Shown here in pieces: positions 13,201 to 25,771 of a stretch of DNA of 64,000 bases. The notes under the pieces are model-generated. The model did not search any database. It saw only the letters and a program-made list of their open reading frames with translations, and was not told the DNA's origin. The translations under genes and the position numbers were made by a program. The stretch comes from Pecten maximus. Taxonomy: Eukaryota. The stretch covers positions 18,724,001 through 18,788,000 of the forward strand of contig NC_047022.1 of NCBI RefSeq assembly GCF_902652985.1, given 5' to 3'. Within the stretch, counting starts at the first letter, position 1. Every line of letters starts with the position of its first letter.

Positions 13201-16200
13201 TGACTGTGGAATGTGCTCAAGAAATAATTCAAAGAAAAAACAGACAGGAGACAATACGTCTTCAGCGAATGTGAATAACACAGAATTAATTTCACCTGTT
13301 CCAAATACTAATACCCAAAACCTTCTTATGCAAAGGAATCCCACATCACTACCATCCGTTTCCATGCCAACTAACAGTCACGAGAGTTGTGCTGACACAG
13401 TTACTAACCCTAGCAGTGAAAATCCTTCCAGGTATATTAAGGGACCTTTTGCCGTAGCGATACTATTATGTGTTTGTGATGTTTTATTGTGTTTGTTTTG
13501 AAGTTTTAAAATACATCTACCGAATACATAATGAAGTTAATTTGATTAATATAATAGATATGCTCAAATGATTATTCAACGAAAATTCTTTTATTTGCTT
13601 TGGTGAATGAAATTGAATATTAAAAGATCCATCTTTAATAGTTTGAAATAGTTTTAAAACAATAACTCATTCTATATATCATTCTTTGTCTAGATAGTCG
13701 TGCTTTCATTTTGTGCAATATACATGTAATATGATATTACAAGTTGATACCCGACTCCTTTGAATTCAATACTAGCAAAACAATATACCCTAATGTATAT
13801 GTTTTAGATGTGGTAGATAGTACATACCGTTTTTTCAACAAGTGCTTGCAATTATACTTCCTCATTCTGTCTTTTTATTAATTTATGGACCAACTTTGGT
13901 CTAGTGTTAGGATGCTGGGCTAAGTGGCCGAAGGCTCGCAAGCTCGAATTCCGGCATAAGCACTGTGTTGTAATCTTGTAAAGATATCTCAATTCTTTGA
14001 TTTTCGTTCGACTCGTCCGTAGCTGAGTACTTCGTAGGTCAGTGTATGAAGTGTCATACTCCACAGGGAGTTGCGAAAGGTATCGGGAGGTTGCTGAAGG
14101 CCCGGTAGCCAGTGATACTAATCTAAACGTTTTTGGACTGCATGCTTGTCTTACCTTGCTTGTTGGGTTTATCGGCCCGTGAACAGCCAGAGTCATTTTT
14201 AGACGGGCATCCTTGTAGTAATTGGTAACTACCATCACTGAACAACATACCGGAGGTCCGTCACATGCAATCCAAAGCAATTTAGGGTAAAGTGTCTTGC
14301 CCTAGGACGCAACCATGACAGCACAGACCGGTCCGTTCGTTTTGAGCGTTGAACCACACACCTCGAATCTTCACCCGAGATTACGTGGCCAATTGAGCTA
14401 TCACATTATGCCATATTCATCAAAATACCAACGTCCTTAATCCAAAATTAGATGTTCAATATTTTAGATATTTATCAAATCTAGTGTTCAGTTGCAACTA
14501 TTGGTTTCGGATATACACTTAAACATCGTTACAAGCTTTTTCCATTACATAGATCTTTGAAGCAAGTATCATTTTTCGTATGAGTGAGCCACGTTAGTAA
14601 CATATGAAATGGGAACGAATGTGTGATTCTGTTCATCACTTATAATCGGTATTCGTTGAAGAGGACATAATGTTTCTTGGTTCAAATTGAGTTCAAGTCA
14701 TTAAAACAATACTACCCTGGAAACAAATCCATTTCTGTAAAATGTCATGAGCTTGTAGTCATGTATTGTTATACAATGGATACCACGACTAGTAAATCCA
14801 ACTGAATGTAACAACCTGATCAAGGCAACCGCTATATGATTATAAAAATGTCACATTCAGAATTTTTTTTCGTACATGATAATAAGTCATTTATCTTGTC
14901 AAAATTAAGGAAAATTATTTGGTTAAATCGATTAATCTTTATTCATATCATTGAAACATTTTAAAAGTCAATACATATATATCTGTAATTTAAGAATGGA
15001 TGCAAACTAATCTTACAATCATACCGCATTTGACCAAGTAAACGCACCTTCCCCTAGAAGCGCATTTTACATTTTGTTTCATTAGAAGAGGCTGCGCGAG
15101 CTTACGTTAAGCCCGGTGCAAAGTTTTCTTAGCTCACTAATTTGTCAAAAAAAGAAAATGTTCAATTTTTAAAATAAAAACTTTTCCGAAAAAAACTCAC
15201 TCAAAATTTTGCAGGAAATTTTTCAAATGGTTTTATTCAGCACACATAATTTCTGTTTTTGCTAACACGAGATGTATTGATAACGTCGAATGCGGTAGAT
15301 TCCATTTCCATTATTTTTAATGAATGGTTACCTATTCTCTTATTCAAGTGGAATATACCAACCACCATATCGAAATTACATCCGGGTCCTCCAAGGCACA
15401 TCAAAATGGCCAGAGTCCTTCACTTTACCGGACAGAATTACAGAGTAAGTAAAAAACATAAATACATCTTAATCTTGTCACTGTGGAAATCATTTGGTGA
15501 CGTCATGATTAAAATGACGTCACGATATTGTTTATGTAGTTACGACAATGTACCTTACAAACTTATTGCTTTATAGAGCAGAAAATAATTGAACTTCATT
15601 CGAGAGTATGTTTCGAATGGCATACAAATATGATATATAATTTCTGTTCATGAAAAATTGAATTTGTTGAATGCATTTGCTTAAATGATCAATATCTTCA
15701 ATAAAAATTCAATTCAACAAGAATACGAATGCTAGATCCCCTCGGATTAATTATGTTAGAAGTAACGTTTTCAGTGTATTGACTGGTTATGAATTGTTGC
15801 AGTATTGAAGAAGAACATACACCCTGTGTTTCGCCCCGGATTTGCAGTCGCAGAACGTCCGTGGGATCTGCATTGCACGACAGTCATGGCACGTGTTGTT
15901 GTTACAAATTACGTCATCATCTTTATGATATGGAAAATAAATTGGTGCGTTGGTAATTGTATAATATAACTAAGTAAACATGTACAAAATTCAACATAAC
16001 ATTATTTCAAACATATAATTATGTTTCCAATATCAATTTTAAAGGCAGGTTACATTTCTTCTGTTAAATTATTGTAGATGGGACAATAATGTTGTTATTC
16101 TAAGGGGACCGATGACTTGCATCCAAATTACCTTTTCAAACTTACTTTCTTAGAATTTGGTTTACGTAAAGACACTATATCTGATTTTGACAAGCTTACA

Positions 16201-17730
16201 TTGCCTTAAGTAACATCCCGCTCACCTGGGACACACAAATAGTGACTAAGAATAATGTAGGTCACTTTATCAGTACTTTGTGGGAATATGGATATTTGAC
16301 ACCATATGGTGTCTATAACTAACATCATATCTTCACTTCTCTTCACATTTTTGTGTTTTATACAATCCTGTTACCTCCATTGTCAGATTACTGTAGATGC
16401 ATTTCTGTTTGTCTTTTACATCGGTCGACTCGCACGTCGATCCTTTTTTCTGTATCTGTTTCCCGTTGGAAGTACAGAACCTTAGTTAGATGTATAAATT
16501 ATTTTGGTATGCAAAATGACAGTTATCATTTTTATATATAGATGGATATTCAGTATAGATGAATATTCAGTATAGATGAATATTCAGTATAGGTGAATAT
16601 CAAGTATAGATTGATATTCAGTTTAGAGGAATATTCAGTATAAATGAATATTCAGTATAAATGAATAGTCAGTATAAATGAATAGTCAGTATAGATGAAT
16701 ATTCAGTATAGATTGATATTCAGTTTAGAGGAATACTCAGTATAGATGAATGTCAAGTTTGATTAATATTCTGTATAGATAAATATTAAGTTTGATGAAT
16801 ATTCAGCATAGATGGATACTCAGTATTATGTCAAATATGTGTTGATATGGTTTGTATGGTGTTTGTTGAATTTGGGAAGATTTTGCGGTTTAGACCATTT
16901 CAAGCGACAACTAGACAGTGTATAATATACAAACTTTGTTTCTGCTGGTGTCTCTTTGTGTTCGAAAACGGGTTCTTATTATGATACTATGCACTGTATT
17001 TTATTGTAGGGAAACATGGAAGAAGTTTATAAACACAGCCTTAAAATGCTAAGTGCAATTTCTGAGCAACAGATTCTAATGATGGAGGAAATAAGTAAAG
17101 CTAAATCAACACTTGGCGAGGTAAGCAAGTGTTAAACACAAACCAATTCAGGATATGACAAAGTAAAGGTTCATTTTAGAAACACATTCTGAAGGCCGCT
17201 TACAGAAAACTTTATTGAGCATTGAATTTTGTCCATCTTGAACAAATTACGGATGCACGGAAATCAGATCGCTAAAAGGTATGCAATTTAATCTTTTAAG
17301 GTGATTATGTTTAAAAAAACAAGGAAAGATATTTGATATTTTTTAGATAAATGATGCAAAATTTGTGGGAAATTTGCTTAACACTTAGAGGTTGTTTTCA
17401 ATTTTTCGATCCAAACGGGGTGGTCATTTTTACTATTTGTTCGTTTAAGGAAACCAACAAACACGGTGATTTTATGTGACTTTCTGTCAGCCTTGACAAA
17501 GAGTTTCCAATACTTAGTCTTACTTTACCATACATCGGTCTTGGGTTTAGTCCCATGCGGAGATATTGAAATAACACGTTTTGCATACTTTTGAGACTAA
17601 ATATCAATAGAAAAATAAGCTTTGTCGTCTCTGGTTCTTTCTTGCAGAACAACACAGTTGATATTTTTCTTCTTTCTTCCAGGACTCCAGAGATGACAGC
17701 GAACAAGACCTTGAAATTACGCGGTTATAG
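1293..17730 (+). CDS. Cngl: Cyclic nucleotide-gated cation channel, invertebrate Cngl (CNG-like) subfamily; 12 coding exons per isoform, about 970 aa with exon 9b or 719 aa with exon 9a
   Basis: Exons with GT-AG ends and consistent phase: 1293-2392 (alternative ATG 1242), 4356-4414, 5842-5903, 6102-6190, 7516-7615, 8812-8966, 9952-10038, 10500-10596, then 10889-10998 or 12569-13431, then 15803-15944, 17010-17120, 17683-17730 (TAG). Motifs: pore TLTLTTIGDLPPP, S6 LIGVFIFATIVGQVGNVITNRNA, C-linker, CNBD VTIFQECQPEFLHDLVLKM...FFGEIGILNL...RRTADVKSVGYSELF, and a C-terminal coiled coil. The core closely resembles Drosophila Cngl as I recall it. The last three exons are less certain than the core. 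Confidence 0.93.
6207..7045 (+). repeat. Intronic minisatellite, ~59-63 bp unit, ~14 copies, resembling the 3' end of CNG exon 4
   Basis: Recurring aaatggtacgactactgtact...gggaaagataggtctgtaaacaacaaaaaac, starting just after the exon 4 donor. Confidence 0.9.
7125..7395 (+). repeat. Short degenerate tandem repeats (gagtaatatgacatgtagyaagtttgaactc)
   Basis: About 6 imperfect copies visible. Confidence 0.65.
8372..8638. mobile_element. Palindromic MITE-like element rich in ttcacgtgaa/ttcacatgaa motifs
   Basis: Imperfect terminal inverted repeats (gcagaggcacaatttcttcacgtgaa ... ttcatgtataagaatttgccctgtgta) and many internal palindromic 10-mers. Confidence 0.6.
9369..9449 (+). repeat. G-rich tract with G-quadruplex potential
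   Basis: More than 10 runs of G3-G5 with 1-7 nt spacers, inside CNG intron 6. Confidence 0.7.
10889..10998 (+). CDS. Alternative (mutually exclusive) exon 9a of the CNG channel, encoding the CNBD C-helix TILVEYGRKRLLFS...
   Basis: ctgcag acceptor at 10883-10888 and ag|gtataa donor at 10999; 110 bp, open, phase 0 to phase 2, the same phases as exon 9b (12569-13431), whose start QIIRCYGQRRLKEI is homologous. Confidence 0.72.
11957..12131. mobile_element. Hairpin MITE (TTAA-ended, Kolobok/piggyBac-like)
   Basis: tcgtgtattgttgcaggatatacaac ... gttgtatatcctgcaacaatacacga inverted arms; right end attccttaa. Confidence 0.65.
14155..14402 (-). mobile_element. tRNA-derived CORE-type SINE
   Basis: Reverse complement aligns to the 34851-35150 copy, including gggcaagacactttaccc (CORE-like) and the tail ctggctgttcac...aaaccca. 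Confidence 0.75.
16538..16826 (+). repeat. 17-bp minisatellite (tatagatgaatattcag), ~17 copies
   Basis: Direct reading; lies in the CNG intron between 15944 and 17010. Confidence 0.9.
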
Positions 17731-19907
17731 ACTTCGTCTCTTCATAGTCTATCGGTAAAATTTCTTTACTTTTCATTCGTATTTCTTGGTTTTCTATGTA
17801 TTTTTATATCAAATGATCATATTTCGAAGGTCTGTCAAAAGAACGTACTATGAACATTTCAAACATGGTCGTTGGTAGGTAGTTTGAATGAAATAATCGT
17901 ATAGTTTTTTTTTTTTTAATTTGGAAACATTTATTTGAAAAAATGTTATATTGTTGCAACTACCGTGTTAATATCAATATGGTTTTCCGTTATGTATATA
18001 AGGGAACAACCAACCAATTGAAAAAATGTTATGTATGTTATGAAGTTACAAAATAGATATGTAGCCTGATAGGTAGCTATCTATAAGAATTGTTGATATA
18101 AATTTCGTAAGGCCGATTGAATTTGTTTTCAAAAGTTCAGGTCATAATAATAACAGGTAAACATTTCAGATTTTTGAGAATTTTTACTGCGAAAATCACC
18201 CATTTTCAAAATTGCTGTTTTTATTAAGTGTTATATGAGACTCAACACTTTTGTTACAAACGATAATTGCCATATTGAATTCAAGAATTTTAATGATATA
18301 CTCCAAAACGTTAACACTAAAGTCTACAGAAAAACAATTGGTTGGTTGTTTCCTTTAAGGCTTTTGTATTCGATATCTTTATATATATTTATGGACAAAT
18401 GTTCAGCTAAAGATAACAGATGGTAGGTCGTTTCTATTCCTCAGGATTCCAGCAACATTGTCTATGGCAAACCAGCCTGTGTTACATCGAATAACCTAGA
18501 GGATGGACGAATTAAAAAGGGAGTTGACAAGTTGTGATTTCGGATGTTGACGCCGATTCTCTTTGATTCAATATTGAATGTCGGTGATGTTGAATTTCAA
18601 TATGGCTAACATGGTTGTCAGAGATCCTGTTTAAATCATGGTTTGATTGCCACGAGGACAAATGTAAGCACATACCTGGAAATAAGCAGGAACTTTGAAA
18701 TGTCCGTAGGATATCGACTCAAACCTCTATACAAAATCAGATATTCGTATATCGAAGAGAACTTATTTCGCTCAAGCACTTGTTTTATTAACAATTTTGC
18801 TGTTTTGTTACTTTAATAAAATTTAATGAAATCGTAATGAATCGTTTTTGCTGAGTTCTTATTTGAAAGCGAAACCAAAGCATAAAAGAGATCATGCGAT
18901 CAGGACATCATTATTTTTCCAAACCTTTCTTCAATGTTTCAATTTGAAAAAAAAAAAAAAAAAAACAAAACGCTTTGATCCATTTATTAAGATGTGCCGT
19001 AGATTAACACACCTAGTCGCATCTACTATAGTGAAGTAACATGTTTCTGACTCAAACCAGTATCTCTGTAAAAAATCACAAGTCAGTAATTAAAACAACT
19101 TTTTTTCTGATAATATACATGTTGCCCCTGTGCTACAACATTTGTTTGCATTTTCATATCAAAACTCGGGCTGGTAAACATGTTTTGCAACACTATATAC
19201 ATTGTGACAGTGTCATAAGCGAAAGCGACAGACAGTGAAGTATGTAATGTTAGATATATTGGTTTTATCCGAATTGAAGCGTAAAGTTTGGAAAGAAGTT
19301 TGTATGATATGTTTATCAAAGACAGGCGAGGGGCAGAAGGGACTTGAAAGAAAAATACAGTTATAATAGTGTTTTTATCATGACATTGGGATCGGATACT
19401 TCAAAATTAAAAAAAAGAATGTAAATCAGAAGGTGTGAAAACATTCTAATGATCTCAAAAATTAGCATTTTAAAAATAACACCATCAATTGTCATTTTTA
19501 TTACACCTTTAAACAAACGTTAAAAACACAAAGAGGAGTGAAACAGGAAACTCCACAGAAAGTGCATAGTAAATGGAAAACCGAAAGAAAAATACCTGGT
19601 GATGCCAACAAACACAAAAACAAAAACAAAACAAATGTCATGAATCAAATCATGCAACCTTTGTTGCAGTGGTAGCCTATGATAAATATTGTGTTATGGA
19701 AGAATACAGGTTGTACCGTACCATGGAAATAACAATGAAATACAACACATAATTTGACATGTCCTTTTTCACAAAATATGGGAGTTACCTCCCCTTTAAA
19801 TTTCATCACTGTACCAGGTCCTTTTCCTGGTATAGCTCCACATGCTCCTCAACTACATCTAATACATGTACCATCGCTCACAGGGAGATAACTCTTACAA
19901 ACAGTAC

Positions 19908-21530
19908 TCAAATGTAAGTCTAACTTTCGATTGGAAATCTTTTTCTCGGGAGACAGCATTATTTTTCAATGTTCTATATATGAGTATCGTTTCAACGAAT
20001 CGTTTACAAAACAAACAAAAAGCCATCGATCATGCAAGGTGCCATCGGCAGAGGAAACATAAATTGACAAATGTTAAAGTCGCTGTCAGTTTGATAGTTA
20101 CTTAAATTATTGTGTTAGCTGTGAAGCTATGTCCGAGACGAGGACCTCAACTACGTCCAAATTGGATGACTAAAATACGGAATTTACTATAGGCAAACCA
20201 TGGAAATGATATAGCATGTCAATCTACATACTCTAAATAAATGAATCATTTGATAGACGAGTCTTTTAAGGAGCAGATTTTAGATTTGATTAAAAAGTTT
20301 TTTGAGTTCCTCAAAACCCGCAATACATCAATGACATTTCATTTATAAACAGTACTTCCATACGACTTTGTTAATACGGTTAGAATTGGTAGAAAGAAGT
20401 TAGGTTTGAAGGCATTTTCTGGAGTCAGCAATAAACATGGTTTCTAGGTTCTGAGAATCCAATATAAAAGAGTAAGGATCACATCCTCATCTTATCATTA
20501 GCAGAAATATTGAAATATTGCAATACTGAAACTTGTATCATATTAACACGTCATAGGGTTTGCAAACCTAGCTCCTTTTGTAAAGAGGAGATTTAATAGC
20601 GTGTGCAGTTGGCTACGATACGGCAGGTAATAGTCCAGATCTATTTATAGTCCAATGGTGTATTGAAAGCCAAAGTGATCTAGAACACATACTGTTCAAG
20701 TTGCGAAAAAAATACTGACGTTTTTCTGCAGTTTTTAATCTGAGTTGGATTCTTGACTGGTGACATAAGGAAAAATATTCGTAAAGAATGCTATTCGTTT
20801 TACAACTTGAGAAGAAACGGTATCCTTACTATATACTGATAATGATATGACCTACAGTATTGTGAACTCAGTGCCCACATAATAACTGTGACGAGGATAA
20901 GGTGACACTGTTACAAACTTTATCGCCTCTGTGATGGCCGGGCAAGTGGATTTTTTTACGATAAACTGGGCATCGCGATCCCCGTTAATAAAATTAATGT
21001 TATGCGATTATGTAGGACTTTGATAGGCCTCCCTTAAAAACAATTCCATTGCTTTGAAATTTCTTCAAATGTATTAACCTGTATTGATAACCTTTGGAGA
21101 TAACTCGACAAAACAGATGGACAATGGTAGACGTCACCGTTAGTTTTGCGGTAACTATCTTGTGTGTCCTCTTCTGTTATGTAATCATTTTGGACTTTGA
21201 TATGCCTCCATTAAAGACCATTCCATTGCGTTTGAAATGATAACTTTCTTCATGCATTTTAACCTGTATTGATAACCTTTGGTGATAACTCGACAAAACA
21301 GATGAACAATGGTTAACTTCACCGTCACTGTCGGTATTGTGATAACTGTCTTGCGTGTGTTTGTCGTTTGTTTTGACAAACGTAAGAAGAGGATTCTTTT
21401 GAGTGACCCCGACTACATCCAATAGCAGATGACCCACATACAGGGTAAATTACAGACCATCTAGGCCAGGGTACAGTCGTCTCAAAATGGTGGACTACAG
21501 ACTCTACAGGACACGGTACAGTCACAGAAC
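19908..21530 (+). repeat. Segmental duplication, copy A (paralogous to 25772-27420)
   Basis: Co-linear high similarity starting at tcaaatgtaagtctaactttcgat in both copies; offset ~5.86 kb. Confidence 0.92.
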
Positions 21531-23200
21531 GGTGAAGTACAGACCCTACAGGTCACGGTACAGCTACAGAACGGTGAACTACATACCCTACATACCACGG
21601 TACAGTTACAGAACGGTGGACTACAGACCCTACAGGCCACGGTACAGTCACAGAACGGTGAACTACAGACCCTACATACCACGGTACAGTCACAGAACGG
21701 TGAACTACAGACCCTACAGGTCACGGAAGAGTCACAGAACGGTGAACTACAGACCCTACAGACCACGGTACAGTCACAGAACGGTGACCTACAGACCCTA
21801 CAGACCACGGTACAGTCACAGAACGGTGGACTACAGACCCTACAGGCCACGGTACAGTTACAGAATGGTGAACTACAGACCCTACAGGTCACGGTACAGT
21901 CACAGAACGGTGAACTACAGACCCTACAGGCCACGGTACAGTCACAGAACGGTGAACTACAGACCCTACAGGTCACGGTACAGTCACAGAATGGTGAAAT
22001 ACAGACCCTACAGGTCACGGTACAGTCACAGAACGGTGAACTACAGACCATACAGGTCACGGTACAGTCACAGAACGGTGAATAACAGACCCTACAGGTC
22101 ACGGTAAGTCACAGAACGGTGAATTACAGACCCTACATACCACGGTACAGTCACAGAACTGTGAACTACAGACCCTACAGGACACGGTACAGTTACAGAA
22201 CGGTGAATTACAGACCCTACAGGCCATGGTACAGTCACAGAACGGTGAACTACAGACCCTACAGGTCACGGAAGAGTCACAGAACGGTGACCTACAGACC
22301 CTACAGACCACGGTACAGTCACAGAACGGTAGACTACAGACCCTACAGGCCACGGTACAGTTACAGAATGGTGAATTACAGACCCTACAGGTCACGGTAC
22401 AGTCACAGAACGGTGAACTACAGACCCTACAGGCCACGGTACAGTCACAGAACGGTGAACTACAGACCCTACAGGTCACGGTACAGTCACAGAATGGTGA
22501 ACTACAGACCCTACAGGTCACGGTACAGTCACAGAACGGTGAACTACATACCATACAGGTCACGGTACAGTCACAGAACGGTGAATAACAGACCCTACAG
22601 GTCACGGTAAGTCACAGAACGGTGAATTACAGACCCTACATACCACGGTACAGTCACAGAACTGTGAACTACAGACCCTACAGGACACGGTACAGTTACA
22701 GAACGGTGAATTACAGACCCTACAGGCCACGGTACAGTCACAGAACGATGAACTACAGACCCTACAGGTCACGGTACAATCATAGAACGGTGAACTACAG
22801 ACCCTACAGACCATGGTACAGTCACAGAACGGTGATCTACAGACCCTACAGACCATGGTACAGTCACAGAACGGTGAACTACAGACCACACAGGTCTCGG
22901 TACAGTCACAGAACGGTGAACTACAGACCATACAGGTCACGGTACAGTCACAGAACGGTGAACTACAGACCCTACAGGCCACGGTACAGTTACAGAATGG
23001 TGAAGTACAGACCCTACAGGTCACGGAACAGTCACAGAACGGTGTACTACAGACCCTACATACCATGGTACAGTCACAGAACGGTGAAGTACAGACCCTA
23101 CAGGTCACGGAACAGTCACAGAACGGTGTACTACAGACCCTATAGGTCACGGAACAGTCACAGAACGGTGTACTACAGACCCGAACAGGCCACGGTACAA
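21309..23200 (+). pseudogene. Decayed exon-1 copy of the short-chain-collagen-C4-like gene running into a 42-bp minisatellite (~41 units, ELQTLQVTVQSQNG)
   Basis: Translates MVNFTVTVGIVITVLRVFVVCFDKRKKRILLSDPDYIQ*QMTHIQGKLQTI*ARVQ... with TAG at 21423 and 21462; homologous to 23438-23626; the array stays in frame until TAA at 22083. Confidence 0.85.
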
Positions 23201-23437
23201 TCGTAATTTAATTTCTGCTATCTCCTTCGTGCTTGAAAAGCTATCTGTAAATACGGTTATATCCAACAAAATTTCGGCCACATAAAACCATACCCCCATT
23301 GATTGCATAGATTGCCAAAACACCAGGTTATGCTAATCTTTCCACCATTTATGTTCTGACGTTTGAACCTTCATAGATAACATTTTATTCGGTGTTCACT
23401 GACCATTCATTCGGTGATAAACCTAGGAAGCAGTATT

Positions 23438-25542
23438 ATGGTGAACGTAGCAATCACTGTCAGTTTAGCAGTAGTGTCCCTGTGTACGCTATTCTGTTGT
23501 GGCAGTTGTAATGGCAGTCGTAACAAGAGGATCCTCATGAGTGACCCCGACTACGTCCAACAACAGATGACCCACCTACAGAGTGAACTACAGACCCTTC
23601 AGGCGACGGTACAATTACAGAACGGAAAAATTTCTTCATTGGAACAACAACTCTCCCAGGCGAATCAAAGTAAAAACATGTAGTTATACTATTTAGGTAT
23701 TAGTTTAGTTTTTACACATTCTGTTGGAAACTTTCATAAAGTTGACTTATACTGACATGTAGTTCTCAGTGTTTGCAGATCAGGAAATTTTCTCGTTTAC
23801 GAGATAAATATAACTCTGATAAGGCGTATCAAGATTTGATAAAAGATGGCACACCTTCGCAGCCTTACGATATCCACCACTGTCCCTTGTAGACTGATTG
23901 TTATATAACATCCTAGCAGACATACCATGGACACATCATGGCTTTTCGAAATATATTAATGAATCAGACAGATTTTCATTTGTATTTATAATAGTGCAGA
24001 TATGTCTTTTCATCAAACAATTTACACAAATGAAGTCATGAACGATTGAAATATAGGTCTGCACGATAAAGAAAGTAGGCCAAAAACTGTAAACAATCTG
24101 CCCGATATTCAACCTAAAATGGGCAAGTTGATCTCTGGCGTTTGCGCATTGCTGATGCATACTGCAACCACAGTTACATTTAACGAAATGTGGATCCCCC
24201 TTTTGTCATATATGTTATCAACCTTTCACCGTAAAGCATTTTATCATCGATTGCTCTGATTTCAAACAGACTCATGACACCCTCTTTTACGTTATATTTA
24301 TGGAATGCCTGTCCGATACAATTTTTGTATCGCCTATATTTGCTTATTTACTTTGAATAGAAATATATCATCTAATAGTACATTTGTATGTGTTTTGAAA
24401 TCATTTGATTTCAGTGATTTTTAGATTATTTACCTTTTAAACGTTTTAGTCAGACTTTCATTTCTTCCATTTAAATGACTCAAACTGTCGATGGGCCGTG
24501 AAACACTACATTTCAATGCAATACAATCATCCCAACTATATTATATGTCAATCAAACTTAAGACTCAGCCTACGGAATTACGTGATTCGATTATGACAGC
24601 ATATTTATTTACATTTATGTAGGCTTTTTCGGCCAATTTGAGCATTGCAATTCTTATTGGAAATTGGAGAATTTCGAAAATCAATTGAGAGCATGTACCT
24701 ATAGCATATTCGAAGTTACAACAATATCAGTGACGTTTCATTTTCTGTGTATTTCTCATATTATATTTCCCTTTATATCTCGACTGCAGACCGAGGAGGA
24801 GTCACCTTTGTCCGCTGGGGTAGGACCGACTGTCCAGCTAATTTGACAGAACTCGTGTATTCCGGTATGAGAAACCAAACATATATTCCCATCATTTCCC
24901 TCATAAAATTCACAATAATTAGTCCTCATTTTTATTAGGACTTATTCATGCTTCCAAATCAATTTCTCTTCCTTGTTTTTTTCAAATTAAGTCGCTGAAT
25001 GACAAGTTGTAATTTTAACCGGAATGAAAGAATATCAATGTTGTGTTGATAAAGGTTACACAGGAGGGTCCTGGTGGGATCACCCCGGAGCGGCAGCAGA
25101 CTATGTCTGTTTACCACGGGACTCAGTTTGGGGGCCATACAAAGATTTGCCAAATGATGACTACTCAGGAAGAATGTACGGGACTGAATACGAATCCGAC
25201 AACCCGGCATCACCATTCGGGCTAAAATCACAAAACGAAGAAGCTCCATGTGCGGTCTGTAGATCTACATCCTTTGTTTCGTCTGTGATGATACCGGCGA
25301 GGACGGAATGCTACAGCGGCTGGATGAAGGCGTACAGCGGGTCACTGGCGTCGGGATACTATAATCACAAAGCAGCCTCCCAGTATGTTTGTGTAGACGA
25401 ACATGCACAGCCTTTAGACGGAGGAGCCGATTCCAATGATGATGGAAAGTTGCTTTTCGCAGTTAAGGCGAAATGTGGCTCACTTCGATGTCCTCCGTAT
25501 GAAGAGGATAAATACCTTTCGTGTGTTGTCTGTATGAAATAA
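23438..25542 (+). CDS. Secreted short-chain collagen C4-like protein (signal peptide, short coiled coil, Cys-rich C-terminal domain), ~264 aa
   Basis: Exons 23438-23669, 24790-24864, 25055-25542, both introns phase 1. Motifs GGVTFVRWGRTDCP, LVYSGYTGGSWW, YVCLP, MYGTEYE, PCAVC, MIPARTECYSGW, CGSLRCPPY, CVVCMK*. AATAAA about 50 bp after the stop. No Gly-X-Y repeats. Confidence 0.92.
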
Positions 25543-25771
25543 GTTATACTATTAAATGTTTCCTAAAATATTCTGCTGTATGTATGCTTTAAATAAAGTT
25601 TGTAATAGGAGTGTCCACAAAAGATATGAAAATACATATATCAACATTGTGGTATAGAAACGTTATCGTTTAACCTAGTAATAATAATAAACATACTAGC
25701 TTTTACAGCTATGGTGCATTCGGCTTTTATGTTTCATGTTATTTTCATAGATCGGATAATTAAAGCAAACA

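Noticed and set aside
14553-14577. Possible 25-nt CNG microexon (phase 2 to 0)
   Set aside because: Exon 15803-15944 supplies the same phases and completes the coiled coil; no independent support for the microexon.
18865-18876. GAAAGCGAAACC, an ISRE-like 12-mer
   Set aside because: Only two cores, downstream of the CNG stop, with no nearby gene start; may be chance.
21423-21464. Programmed read-through of two TAG codons conserved in both duplicate copies
   Set aside because: Shared stops are explained by inactivation before duplication; the arrays also contain TAA and frameshifts.
21482-23206. Long Cys-rich (TCRVCSSPFCDC) and Arg/Tyr-rich ORFs resembling metallothionein or keratin-associated proteins
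   Set aside because: They are alternative frames of the 42-bp array; only the ELQTLQ frame matches a real exon.
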